From the human T2T-CHM13v2.0 reference genome, Homo sapiens, in the NCBI RefSeq assembly GCF_009914755.1, contig NC_060939.1: a DNA stretch of 64,000 nucleotides; one strand, given 5' to 3'. The stretch's first letter is position 1; every line of letters begins with the position of its first letter. The position numbers and the translations under genes are program-made. Below, one piece after another: positions 1 through 63,495 of the stretch. The notes below the pieces were generated by a model. The model had not been told where the DNA came from and ran no database searches. It saw only the letters and a list, made by a program, of their open reading frames with translations.

Positions 1-231
1 GTCTCTTAAATGAGCACCTAGTCTAAGACTAAACTGTGTTCTTTCCACTAGAGAGCGCTGAAGTATATGCTTACCAGGCCTATAAAATGAAAGCCTTCCA
101 GCAGGGTTTCACTTACTCAGAATTTCCCAGACCCTGAATTCAAGAACTCCTAATTTTAACATGGAAATTTTGATTGGTGGTAGTATTGGACTTTAATACT
201 CTGCAGGGACTGGTATAAATAAGGGAGGGGA

Positions 232-475
232 GGCCAGGTGCGGTGGCTCACGCCTGTAATCCCAGAACTTTGGGAGGCCAAGCTGGGTGTATCACTTGAG
301 GTCAGGAGTTCAAGACCAGCCTGGCCAACATGGTGAAACCCCATCTCTACTAATAATGTAAAACTTAGCCAGGTGTTAGTGCCTGGGACCTGTAGTCCTA
401 GCTACTCGGGAGGCTGAGGCAGGGGAATCACTTGAGCCTGGGAGGCGGAGGTTGCAGTGAGCCAAGGTCACACCA
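232..475 (+). mobile_element. Alu (3'-truncated)
   Basis: ggccaggtgcggtggctcacgcctgtaatccc... ends before the poly(A). Confidence 0.9.
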
Positions 476-585
476 GGGGAAACAAAACCCAGATAGATTG
501 CTGTGACCTGGGAGTATTATATTAATGAAGTTCTATTCATTTATAATGTTACGTCTAAAATATGACATTTAAAGAAGCATTGTGA

Positions 586-23286
<22,701 letters not shown>

Positions 23287-23577
23287 ATGAAATGCCTGAG
23301 TTAATGTGAACTTTGGGGCTTCTGCTTCATTTTTACCCAACAAGCAACAATGCCCCTTGTCCTGTAGTCCACACCGATGTTGGCATCTTGGTTCTGAACC
23401 CACTGAATTCAACTGCACCTTCAGTTAGAAGGAATCTTCTTGGCAGGTCCTGCTACTGAAAAATGGCTGGCCTTAGGCAAGCCCTTTTGCAAAAAGCACA
23501 GCTGAAAGCCTGAGTTTGGGAGCCTGCACCACCCCGATGAAGCTCCACGGGAGCAAATACAGAGCCTCCAGGCAGTG

Positions 23578-40725
<17,148 letters not shown>

Positions 40726-40959
40726 CACCCCAAATCCTAAAGGAGACAGATGATATAAAGCGTTATTTTACCATATATGTAATAGGTGTATCCATAATCA
40801 TCATTCCTTGAGCATTTACTGCGTCCCCAACACTGTGCCAGGCGCTTCAGTTGCATTTTCCGTTAAGCCTCAAAACTTGGGAAACGTCAATACCCCTCCT
40901 GGGGGAACCGGGGTCCACGCAACTTCGTCAGTGAACCCACGTGGGGAAGCCGAGGGCAG

Positions 40960-41115
40960 CGAGTAAGAGAGCAGTATCTGGAGTAGGGCGACGCGGTTTT
41001 GAACCCCGCTTCTGGCTCTCTCGAGCTGTGTGACCTTGGGCAAAGCTCCTTAGGCCCTGATATCCTATTCTGTAAAATGGGATTACGGATTCTGCCTGTC
41101 ACACCGGGCTGCTGT
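40960..41115 (+). mobile_element. MIR SINE, POLG intron 1
   Basis: gagctgtgtgaccttgggcaa...tctgtaaaatggg MIR core. Confidence 0.75.
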
Positions 41116-41495
41116 CTGGGGGACACAGGGCGCCTATGTCGTGCGGCCCTGCTCTTGGCAAGCGCTCGGCAAATGGTGGCTGCCATTACCGCGACCGGCG
41201 CGGGCCTAGCGTCGAGAGGTGCCAGCGCCCGGATTCGAACCCGCAGGGTGGGCCGCCGTCCCCCGGGACCCACACCCACACCCGGACCACGGCCCACCCG
41301 GCCGAGAGCGTCCTGCAGGAGGAGTCGGCGGCCACCCCCGTGCGCCCCGCCGCCCGCCTGCGCCCGGCAGAGGCGCCGCGGTGCGCCCTGGGACTAGCCG
41401 CCGCCCTGCTCCGGGCCTCGCTCCCTGACTGGAGAGGGAGGGGCCGCGCCGTCGCTCAGCGACCCGGCCTCCCCGCCGCCGACCCCGCCGGAAAC

Positions 41496-41647
41496 CTCGG
41501 TCCTCACGGTGCTTCCCGGTCTGCTGCTCCCCCGACCCCAGGCCCACGGCACGGCGTCCCCCTTCGCGCGGCCTACGCAGCCTCGGGGTAGCGTGTGGCC
41601 TCCACCCGGCCGGTCCGCTTCGCTGGCAGCCGCAACTTCCCGTCTGC
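41496..41647 (-). other. POLG: POLG non-coding exon 1 with two alternative donors (exon ends 41508 or 41496); TSS approximate
   Basis: CACC|gtgagg and CGAG|gtttcc on -; GC-rich; ETS-type GGAAGT at 41640-41635 near the probable start. Confidence 0.75.
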
Positions 41648-41895
41648 ACCCAGCTAGGTCCCGCGGCTACCCGAGAGGCAAGCGGGAGACTCCCAGCGCG
41701 ACCAATAGGAGGGCCGCCAATGGAGCGGTCCGCCCGCGGGGGGAGAAGGGGGACTTCTGGGTGGGCTCTCCCTGCGGAACGCGCGAACCAAAGGCCAACC
41801 TCCCCTTCTCAAGGAGCAGGTGGATTGGTCCCGAGCTAGCTGGTGGGCGGAGGTGACGTTTTTATAAGTTGCTCAAGAGACGGTAACAACCGACG

Positions 41896-41968
41896 GGCCG
41901 CGTGGCCTAATGGATAAGGCGTCTGACTTCGGATCAGAAGATTGCAGGTTCGAGTCCTGCCGCGGTCG
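41896..41968 (+). tRNA. TRR-TCG1-1: tRNA-Arg(TCG)
   Basis: 73 nt cloverleaf: acceptor GGCCGCG/CGCGGTC+G73, A-box TGGCCTAATGG, anticodon stem TCTGA/TCAGA with TCG at 41929-41931, B-box GGTTCGAGTCC, TTTT terminator at 41988-41991. Confidence 0.97.
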
Positions 41969-43497
41969 TAGGGAGGTTATGATTAACTTTTAGTTTATTC
42001 CTCCCTCAGGAACGAAGTATTGGGACAATGTGAACGTAGTCGCCGCCGATTCCCACCGCACTTCAAAGATGTGGGAACGCCAAGATCCGCGGAAGTAACC
42101 ACGCCCAGCAAGTCCCTGCGAGATTGCCCGCCTACGTGTCTCAGCGGAGGCACATTTCTAAAATGTACCAGGTCTCTCGCACCCCGACGCAGGTGGAGGA
42201 AAGTGGAGAGGGAGGGGCATCCTGTACAGAAATCTCAATTTATACTCAATTGATGGTTGGCAAGAGTTGGGGCTCGCAGCCAAAGCGAGGCTCCCTCCCT
42301 CGCCCATCCGGTGCTGCCTCCTCGTCCAGAGCAATTCTGAGGGGTAAAAATGTTGCCTTCCGTTGAACCTGAATTTGCCCGCAGATGCTAGCCTCCGGCC
42401 CACAGCGCGGCTGGAGCTTGTCCCCTTCCCCAGCTGTTTCCAGTCTCCGCATCCGTCTTGTGTTGCTCCAGGTGCTTCAACAGCTCTCAGCGCTCGGTGG
42501 TTGGTGAACTGTGGTAAAGTGCACGCAGAATAAGGTCTACGTGATTAAGCACCGCCTGGGGGTTGGGGTCTGGAGGCCCAGCTGCACAGATGAAAGGGAG
42601 GCTCAGAGACGTTTGGGACCAACCGAGATCACACAGCTGATTAGGAATAAAATTCAGGTCAAGCTGAAAGTCGGCCGCCACCGTCCAGCGTGGATCCCAG
42701 GACACCGTGAACGGACTACAGAAGTTGACTTTCGCGTTTTTAAGGAGTGGGGTGCAGGGAAACAATCCTCCGCCGGCCCTGCGGGCTGATGCCGACCCTC
42801 ACCTGCTCCCGCCACGTGGAGAGGTAGAGAGAAGCCCCGGGCCAAGCAGCATTGAGCCCTGGTCCCTTCTATTTAAATATGAAATATTTTGCATACACTT
42901 TTCTAGATGTACTTAATATACACAATGTTTTAATGTTTGTGATTTTTTTGTTTTGCCAAAAAAATACAATCAATCAGAAATTCATCTGTTTTTTTTTTTT
43001 TTTTCACATAACTGTTGACTTTTACAAAATACTGGAAGGAGAGGCTCTCAGCTTAAATCAGGGAGTCCCTGAATGGGGAAAACATTTTCATCTTGTTTCT
43101 TCTAACCGCCTACTGATACTTGGCATTTCCTCCAATTATGAGCATAGGCTGTCAGCCACAGTGGTATTAACAGTGCCTGTGACTTTGTCCCCTCCAGCAA
43201 CCACAGATATTTTCATAACGCATTACAAGTGCTGCACATTTTTCAAAATTTGTTTGCACTTATCTGTACTTCAAAATAACAGGGGTTACTAGACTGCCAC
43301 TAGATCCTGTTAGTTAATAAGTTTACCTATTTGTCCTAATATTTGAATACCTTTGGTGTCCTTTGTAATCCTTCATGTTTTATGTGCTTAAAAACACTAT
43401 TCTTCCATATAACCAAAAACTGCCTGTACCCCTATTGAAATAAAAATTAATAAAACATATTTCACAGAAAAAAATTAAAAACAGAAACACTACTCTA

Positions 43498-47380
<3,883 letters not shown>

Positions 47381-49159
47381 TTTTTAAAATAATGGTTTAA
47401 AAATTAAAAAGAGCGGACACTTGAATAGAAGGATCCATTCTGGAAGCATGTCATCAGGGCAGTGTGTCCTTCAGAGAGAAGGGCAGAACCTTCAGTTTCT
47501 GAATGACTGAAACGCCCATGGGTTCTGAGCCCTGGCCAGGGCCCTGTGGCCTGTTTCGCCAGCTGCAAAATTGTACATTCCACCTCCTGACCTATTAGAT
47601 CCCAGCCAGGCCCAGCCCAGCACAGCACTGCCCGCCGACAGCAGCCTTGGCTGACAGCCTTGACCTACAACCCACTGTCTGTGGCCTGCTGCAGACGGTA
47701 GATGCGTTTTTGGCAATTTATTTATCGCAGGAGCTTTTCAGCTCAAAACATGGGTTGAGTATAAATGGGGTGAAGAGAAGTGGGTATTTCTTTCTCACAG
47801 TGTATTTCCTTCTTTTGAGGAATATATTGGGCTAAACTCTTGGGGTCAAGAACTTTTGTGGAAATGGTGTTGTTCTCCTGTTGAAAGGGGAATCACCCAT
47901 CCTATCCCAGGAACGAAAAGTGTTTCAGTTATCCAAGCAATGGAAGAAAACAAGAGCAAGGCTCCGCGAGCAGGTACTCAACGTGTCAGGGAGCATCGTC
48001 TCCCGCATCCTGTGTCTGGAAGCAAATAGCCACGTTGCTTTTTCATTTAATTGTCAGGACTTGCAGGAAAGATTCTGTATTTTTTTTCTTCAGGGAAAAT
48101 GATGGACATGCTTGGTTGCAAAGGGTCCTTCAGTTTGGATTGGTCTGTATTTATTTATTTACTGCCCGCTTTGTTCCAGAAAGACTTTGAGGTGGCAGAG
48201 GTTAGTTGTGATCACATAATCATTGCTATCTGAGCATAAAGAGGGAAGCAGCTCAAACTACCTTGTGGAGTCCTGCCAAGAGGTGTAGCAGGGCCTGCCA
48301 CTCTCACATGCCCCACCTCCCAGGAATCTGGCCATGCTCCCCTGGCCACAGCTGGCTGGACACAGGCAGGTGCCTGAGCAAGGTAGGCATGCGTCAGCCA
48401 GGCTTGAGGGAGAACAAACATCCATGAGGGAGGCTCAGCCAATAGAGCTGATCCAAAGCAGATGGTGACAAAGTATCCCAGTTATATCACCTTCTTTAGG
48501 GAATTGTGAGAAGGGACCCTGGCCATTCTCATCTGAGAGGACAGGATGCCTAGCGTCACTGGAGCTGGTGCTGCACCATGTGGTGATGAGGAGGCTGGCA
48601 GAACATCCCGGCCGTGGAAGCTCAGGCAGTTCTCCCCGCAGTGCTTGGAGGACTAGAGTGATGCCAAGTCAGCAGTCCCAGGAGTGGCTGGGATGGTGGC
48701 CGGGGTTGTTGATTTGCTAGAGGGCAGTTCTGTGGCATTCTGGAAGTCATTCTGGAGGCCCCACTGAGAACCCACTGTGTGGCCCCTCCAAAGTTTTTTA
48801 AGCACCTAATCTTCTGTACTACGTCTCTTTCTCATTAAAATATCTGGAAAGGTCTGTGTTTCCTGCAGGTGAACGCTGACTGGTTCCAGTGCCCTCCTCT
48901 GGGCTCCCACTCCACCTTGTGCATGGATTGCAGGCACTAAGATTGTTTAACCTTCTCCCCCATCAAAGTGGGAGCTTCCTGAGGCCAGGGGTTCTGTCTG
49001 GATTCTCTTACATCCCCAGCACCTAGCACAGGGCCTGCATTAGGAGGTGCCCAATCAGTATTTGTTAAATGAACCACCCCAGTGAGAATAAATTTCTTTT
49101 TCGCCTCTGTACCCATTGTATCATTCAGAGTTCAGACCAAGAACTAGGAAACAGACTGA

Positions 49160-52780
<3,621 letters not shown>

Positions 52781-52907
52781 AGAGGCCTTTTTAAAAAACT
52801 TTATTTATTTACTTATTTCAAATATGGGATCATCCAATACCCAGTATTCTGTAACTGAAAGCTATCATTCAGCTGAATATCATGGACATCCCTGACTGAT
52901 GAATAAA

Positions 52908-53521
52908 CAGTCAGTTCTCATTATTGGCTGTAGTTATGGTCTATAAAGTCACCATGACCATTGAATGAGCAAATATGGAAGCATCGTTCCTAGAGGAAAT
53001 ACACATTTAGGTTCCTGTGAGCCTCTGCTCACAACATTTCAATCAAATGATCACTACATAACCTTGTGTTATGTGTGTTTCCATTTAAAGGCACCTTATT
53101 TACTACATACTGTTGATTCATTAACATTGAACTCACAGCCAACAGTGCTATAACTCATGCCTGATTGAAGCTAATCTAACATACGTATTTTATCTGTAAG
53201 GCACATCACAGCCTACTTGTGCTTGGGAACAGTAGAGAGCACTTCAGCACTGAGCTGGGAGGCCGTGTTACACAGCAAAACCACCAACAAAAAACACAAA
53301 TATGTGAAAAGCGTGATCTGGAATAGACTGCAGAAAGAACATTTGTTTACAGCACAAGAGCTGAGACAAGAAGACAGAGCGTCCCCTTGTTCAACCTCAC
53401 AAATGGCCACTCTGCAAATGCCCTCCAATGACTGAAAACGCCATGATTATGGATTTAGGGATTACAAATAAATATTAGAGAGTAGGCAAATTCACAAATG
53501 CTGAATCATGAGAATCAGCTG
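52908..53521 (+). mobile_element. MER82-like TcMar-Tigger element
   Basis: cagtcagttctcattatt..gtagttatggtctataaagtc... and terminal ...tgagaatcagctg-ta as imperfect TIRs. Confidence 0.7.
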
Positions 53522-53747
53522 TATATAGATTTAAATGTATTTTCTAAAATTTCCACATTTAATCTTTTGGTGGGAAGGATTTTTTGCTTTTTTTGGTAAA
53601 CAGACAAAAAAAAATGGTCACTAAAAAAGGCGGCTGGGCATGGTGGCTCATGCCTGTAATCCCAGCACTTTGGGAGGTCAAGGTGGGCAGATCATGAGGT
53701 CAGGAGATCGAGGCCATCCTGGCCAACACGGTGAAACCCTGTCTCTA

Positions 53748-53966
<219 letters not shown>

Positions 53967-56391
53967 TTACCTCCTCTGTTAACTGTTATCTGCCACCCTG
54001 GTCCCTGGGACAGAGTTAAAGTGGCAGCAACCTGGCTGGCCCCAGCCCTTGACATGAGTCTGGCCCAGGGTGGAAGAGGGCACAACTCTTCCTAAAGGCA
54101 CACGAAAGTCTGATGACTGGTAGATAGTAAGCTGGACAGTGTCTTCAGGCTTCCCCACTTGAGGGCCCCTCTGACTGCGAGGGAAGCAACGGAGGCATTT
54201 TATCCCTGTTTTACAGATGAGGGAATGGGGTTCTTGAAGCCCTCTGCTTGAGGCCACATGGCGGTAGATGTGGCTGAGAGCCCTGCCCTTGAGCCTTTTG
54301 GCTTGAGGCTTCATGCCAGCATCCACGGAGGCACAGCTTCAGGGTCCCTGGTGGCCCAGCCACTGGGCAAGAGAGGATGCTCTTTTCCATCCCTGGGTCT
54401 GGCTAGAGGCCCTGGAGGGAGTCAGGGTCCTTGCCAAAGAGCAGCAGAGCCTGCCGTGAAGTGAAGGCTTCTGAAAGAAATGAGTCTGAATCCTGGCTCC
54501 ACCTGTCCAAATTGTGTGACCTTAAGCAAATTACAAGGGAGCTTGCTGTGCCTCAGCATCCTTGTCTCTATAATGGGAAGGTGATAGCCTCATAGGGGGC
54601 TTGTGAGGTTTTGCTGCAGTGACACATGCAGATTCTCTCCTCAGCAGAGGCTTTGGTTTTGTGCCTGCTTCCCTGCCCCTCCCCGAGCTGGCCAGCCCAG
54701 CAGTAGCTCAGATAATGGCAGGAGAGAGCCAGAGGAGGCAGCCACATGCCTTTCATTCATTTGGCCCCACCTCCTAAATGCTGTATCCCAAGACTGAGCC
54801 AGGATGCCTGACATTGAAGCGGGAGGTACATGTTGAGGTCCCTTTACCGCTGAGCTGAGACAACTACAGTCAGGTCAGATCCCGGCTCATCCCAGCGCAT
54901 AGGGCCAAGGGCCCCCCATTGCCAGCGCCAACAGGCCCCCCATAGACCAGCCTGTCCGGTCCCCTTATTTTACAGAGGGGAAGACAAATCACTTAGGATT
55001 CTATTGGCTCCCAGCACCAGAAGCCTAATTAAAACCAATTTTGGCAGACAAAAGGGGAACTTATTAGCACATACAGCCAAACTGCAGAAAGGGACGGGAC
55101 AAAAGGAGCCTGACGTCACTGGGGTCTTGTCCAGCTCTCGTTCCTTCTTTCTACAGATTAGACCAGCTTCCTCCTTATCACAGGTCCCTGGCTGTGGCAG
55201 CTCTCACCTTGCATCCACCTGGCTTTGAGACCTGACCCTCTCTTGTAGCCAGTTTACAAAATTTCAGGCCAAGACTCTGATGGGTCTTGTTTGGGTTACC
55301 TGCCACCCTAAGACCAGTCCCTGGGGCCTGGGTGAGGACCATAGTTCTTTTGGGACCATCTGTGGGAGACAGGCATGTGTGTGTTTTGGGGAGGGGGCAG
55401 TAACACAGATGTGGCTCCCAGAGGAATCAGAGTAACTCAAACACCCCTCAACCCTCACTCCCACCCCTCCCCCCGAAAGTGTATCAAGCATGGAAGTGGA
55501 TATTTGGAGAGGGAAAATGACTGTTTTCTTTTCTTTTTTTCTTATAATTTTTTAAGAGATGGAGTCTCACTCCGAAAATGTGGGATTACAGGTGTGAGCC
55601 ACTAGGCTTAACCAATCTTTTCTTTATACACCTCTGCATTGTTTGTTTTGTGATCAGAGGCATGTGCCATTTTTGTAATTTTTTTCAAGTTTCGTACAAG
55701 GACAAAAAAAGCAGGAATGGCTGCACACCTTAGGCCTTTCTCCTGGCAGTGCCAGCCTGTGGATACAGCTGGAATGACTTTGACATAGTGATCCTCACTC
55801 CTGGGCTCCTGCCAGTGACCCCAGCCCTCACCCCCAAATGATCCTCAGAGCCTCTGGGAACATCTCACATGGATTCAGAGACAAGGTGCACAGTTTGTTG
55901 GCTCACGGAGGACTGCCTGAGAGCCAGCAGGTCCCCAGAATGCACCTGAGGACCCTGCTCCTCCAGTGAGCAGGCAGAAAACAGTCATTCTCGAGACCAT
56001 GGGGTATTTTGAAGGGTGGACAGAATGAGTGGCTAAAAGCTGGCTTTGAATCCTCGCTCTACCACTTCTTAGTACCATGTGATCTCAGTGAGTTACTTAT
56101 CCTCTCTTGGCCTCAGTTTCTTCATCTGTAAGGTGGGGACACCAGTGGTACCTATGCATCAAATTTAATGCAAACCGCCTGGCAAATACCTGGCCCTTTA
56201 TAAAGATCTTATAAAGGTTAGCAATTATTATTACTGTTATTACAATTATTATTACTGTTATTACAGACTTTATAAAATTTCAGAAAGTTCTCAAAGCTAA
56301 CATGAAAATAGCCTTCTGGGCCGGGCGCAGTGGCTCATGCTTGTAATCCCAGCACTTTGGGAGGCCGAGGCAGGCAGATCACTTGAGGTCA

Positions 56392-56799
<408 letters not shown>

Positions 56800-57819
56800 C
56801 TATCACCCAGAGATAATCACTGCCAACATTTTGGTGAGGGCACTTCGTGATGTTACTATATTTGTAATTCTCAGCATGTACCATGCACCCACAAACCTGT
56901 TTTTCTCACCTGCACCGTGATATGATTATTTTTCTGTGCATTGCATGACCCCTTAACCAATAATATTTGCGGGGATGTTGAGCCTGGACATTGAGGCTGT
57001 TTTCCATTTATTTCCTGCCACACATGGTCTCCCTCACCCCAGATGGTTTCTGCAGATCCATGTGCTCTAAGGTGATGACTAACCCGTTAGCAGGGCTGGC
57101 AGCCGCCTCTGTGACACAGAAGGGTGGCATCACTGAGTTTCGATTTAGCTGAGACAGAACACCCACAGATGCCACCTGCACAGGCTGCCGGGAACATGGC
57201 TCTGATTTACACCACAAAATCCCTCCTGATCTAGAACTATCCTGTCTCCAGAAGAAAGGCTTTGGGCAGATGGAAACTGACCTTTGGAGAGACAGACGTT
57301 CTGACCCACTCTAGCTTGGAGTGAGATGATGCCACCCCTGATCTGGCTGGCCTCAGAGTGGGGACAGGGCAGGAGAAATGCGCAGGACACACCCTCCCTC
57401 CCCAGCCAGGCTGAAATCAGGGCTGAGTCAGCCTGGTGTAGCCTGTGTTTCCAAGGTAAAGACGGGACTTCATGGCTAAAAGGAGCTGATGGCAGGTTCC
57501 TGAGTGTGTGGGAGCTGGGCACAGGGGAGTGTGTGGTCAGAACATGACAGCAGGTCTCTCGGGGAGAGAGGGATCAAAACGGGCTTTCAGAAAGGATGGT
57601 GGTGGGGACTTCAGCCAGCGGGGCAGGAGAGTCCCGGTGATCAAATGACCCAATGACCCAATGGCAGCTAAGGCCTGTGAGCCTGGAACACACACTTGGG
57701 GAAATGGATGGAGGTGGTCTTTGCATTGTAACAATTCCTGTGCTCCTGAACCCACACTGGCCCCAGCAGGCTGCAGTTCACCAGCCAAGGTGGGACATGG
57801 GGTTGGGATGGTGCCCGTC

Positions 57820-58444
<625 letters not shown>

Positions 58445-59997
58445 TAACAGACCTAAGCGTCTCCTGCCCTCCCCCTTGGTTGCACACACCATTAAGAATC
58501 AAGGTCTTCTCCATAGGCCTCAGCAGAAGGAAAGGTTTTGCTTACCTTTACTTTCTATAGGTGCATTGCATAAACAATGCAGAATTTCATTTTTCCACAA
58601 AGGAAATTGTATCTCAACTTAGGATTTTGTTTTGTTTGGTTTTGTTTTTTTTAGACAGAGTCTCACTTCCATCACCCGGGCTGGAGTGCAATGTGCTCAC
58701 TGCAACCTCTACCTCCTGGGTTCAAGTGGTTCTTCTGCCTCAGCCTCCCAAATAGCTGGGATTACGGGCACACACCACCACGCTCAGCTAGTTTCTGTAT
58801 TTTTAGTAGAGATGAGGCTTTGCCATGTTGGCCAGGCTGGTCTTGAACTCCTGACCTCAAGTGATCTGCCTGCCTCGGCCTCCCAAAGTGCTGGGATTAC
58901 AAATGTGAGCCACCATGACTGGCCAGGATTTTTGAAAGTTATTATTTTTATTTTTTTTCTCACTCTGTTGCTCAGGCTGAAGTGCAGTGGTGCAATCGTG
59001 GCTCACTGCGGCCTTAATCTCCAGGGCTCACACAGTCCTCCTGCCTCAGCCTCATGAGTAGCTAAGTCTACAGCACGTGCCACCATGCCTGCGTAATTTT
59101 CTTTTTTTAATTTTTTTTGTGGAGACTGGGTCTCGCTCTGTTGCCCAGGCTGGTGTCAAACTCCTGGCCTCAAGCAATCCTCTTGCCTCGGCCTCCCAAA
59201 GTGCTGAGATTACAGGCACCTGGCCGGACTTTTTAATAAGTGGCATTCCTCTTTACTTAAATCTTCTGATATGCATCATCTCCCCTTAATTCCTCTCCCT
59301 TTGCAATATGCACTGCTGAGGGGAAGGACCAGGCCACATGTGAAGGGCGCCCCCCCCCCCCAGAGTTAGGCAGTTCCCAAACTGCAAAACTGTCTGTGGT
59401 GTCCCTGGCTCAGGAGGCAAACCCAGTTGAACACAGTTGCTCTACAAGCTGTCAAAGCTGGACCTGTCACAGTGTGGGGATTGCAGCAGTCACTAATACA
59501 GGCAGAGATGTCTGCAGAGAGGGAGAGTGCCTGCCAGGTTCCTTCCGAGGACAGAGCAGGAACCTGAAAACTTATTTCAGGCCTGAGGGTGGTATCCAAA
59601 CCTTGGTTGGTATCCTGTGGCCTTAGCCAGGAGGGTCACTGTACTCACTAAAAGGGATACAAAGGCAGCCAAGTTATAGGGATTTGGCAGAGACATAAAA
59701 CTGAGGCATGAAAGCAGGAGATGGAGACCAGCATCCACTGAAGGGTAGAACCTGAGGAGGGCGCAGCACCGGGTCACGTGCCCAGCACACAGGCTTGAAT
59801 GCAGTTGCCAAAGCCCCAGATGACCTGCAGCCTGGGGGTATTCCTGCCTGGTTCACCCACCCTCATGGTTCTGCTTACACACATCCAGCAACAGAGAGCT
59901 CACCAACTCTGCAGGAAGCCCATCTCCTAACTGGGCAAATCAGGTTACTGAAAATCTCAGGCAACTATAGTAGCTGCCAGTGGCTAACATGGATTGA

Positions 59998-60603
<606 letters not shown>

Positions 60604-60887
60604 TCAACACACTTCTCTGTAGAGGTACCAGGAAAGGCTCTGGGGTTGGTCCCCCTGCTCCACTGCCCCACGGCCTCTGCTCAGCTGCTCAGCTAGGGCT
60701 TAGGGCGGCAGGGCCGTCCTCAGTGAGCCTTTAGGATGTGTTCCTGCTGCTGACTTGCATGTCCCTTGGGTGTGGGTCCCTATTCTCCCCTACTCCCATT
60801 CAGTGTCTACACTGCCCTGACTTGACAGGCTCCTGTGGTGAACCCTGCTGGCTGCTACCAACCTGAAGCCGGCCCCAGTTTAGGGCA

Positions 60888-60979
60888 TGTGTTAGGGTGT
60901 TCCAGAGAAACAGAACCACCAATAGGGTGTGTATCTGTGTATGTGTGTGTGTCTATGTGTGTGTGTGTGTATGTGTATA

Positions 60980-61047
<68 letters not shown>

Positions 61048-61372
61048 AAGAGATTTATTTCACAGAATTGACTCACACAATTTTGGGGCTGTGGAAATTC
61101 CAACATGAGTTGACTTTGCTGTCTTAAGTCCAAAAGCAACCTGGAGGCAGAATCTCTTTCTCTTTGGGGGATCTCAGTCTTTTCTCTTAAAGCTTCACTT
61201 GATTGAACGAGGCCCAGCAAGTTATGGGGAATAAGCTACTTCAGTCAAAGTCTACTGATTTAAATGTTAATCACATCTAAAAAAATACTTTCACAGCAAC
61301 ATCTAGACCAGTGTTTGATCAAACAACTGGCACCATAGCCTAGCCATGTTGACACATGAAATTAACCAGCAC
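60888..61372 (-). mobile_element. MLT2 (ERVL) solo LTR with internal (TG)n(TA)n(GA)n microsatellite
   Basis: tccagagaaacagaacc...aaatactttcacagcaacatctagac.agtgtttga...catagcctagcca.gttgacacat.aaattaacca. Confidence 0.8.
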
Positions 61373-61666
61373 AGGGCAGTTCTGGCTTCTGGATCGACCC
61401 CACACTGTTCCATCTGCCCTCTCAAAGGGCAGTTCTGACTTCTGAAGTGACCCCACACTGTTCCGCCCGCTCTCTCACAGGTGGACCCTTCAGATGTTGC
61501 AGAAAATGGCCAATCACCTTCTCGGTCTTCTCTTTCTAGGACAAACTCCTTCCAGGCTTGTCTACTCACTCAGCCTGATGACCAAAGTCCTCACTGGCCT
61601 GGACGCTCAGTCGCTCAATGCTACCCCACACCTTTTTTTTTTGGAGACAGAGTCTCTATCATCTAG

Positions 61667-61858
<192 letters not shown>

Positions 61859-62277
61859 TGATCCGCCGGCCTTGGCAGATTATAGGCGTGAGCCACTGTG
61901 CCCAGCTGCCCCTTTTAATTTATGGTACCCATCTTAGGTCAGCATTTCCTAAAGCAGACCCCAATCATCCGCATGCTGATAATTTATTGGGGAAGGACTT
62001 CCAGGAGAACTAGGGAGTGGGGGAAGCAGGCCAGGGAAGGGGCAGAAGCCAGGGAAGGATGGGATTTCCAGTGAAGTCTCAGCCTCAGCCTAATCCTGTG
62101 GAGGGCTTCAGAGTGTGGGTTGCACCTTAGAGCTTGTCCTCGCTTGAGGGAGCTGAGCTTTCCTACTCCTGCACAAGACATCATTGGCTTCAGGCTGCTT
62201 GGGGGCTGGGGTCAGGGCATAAACTCCCAGGCACTTGCAGCTCTGCTCATGCAGCTGATGAAGCTCCAGTCCTCTGA

Positions 62278-62948
<671 letters not shown>

Positions 62949-62997
62949 TAGGCGATTACAAAATTGTTGGAATGGCTAGAAAAGTAGTTGTGGACTA

Positions 62998-63495
<498 letters not shown>

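Noticed and set aside
40887-41856. 130-150 aa ORFs in intron 1 and the promoter
   Set aside because: Expected stop-codon scarcity in a CpG island; low-complexity Arg/Pro/Gly products with no splice or homology support.
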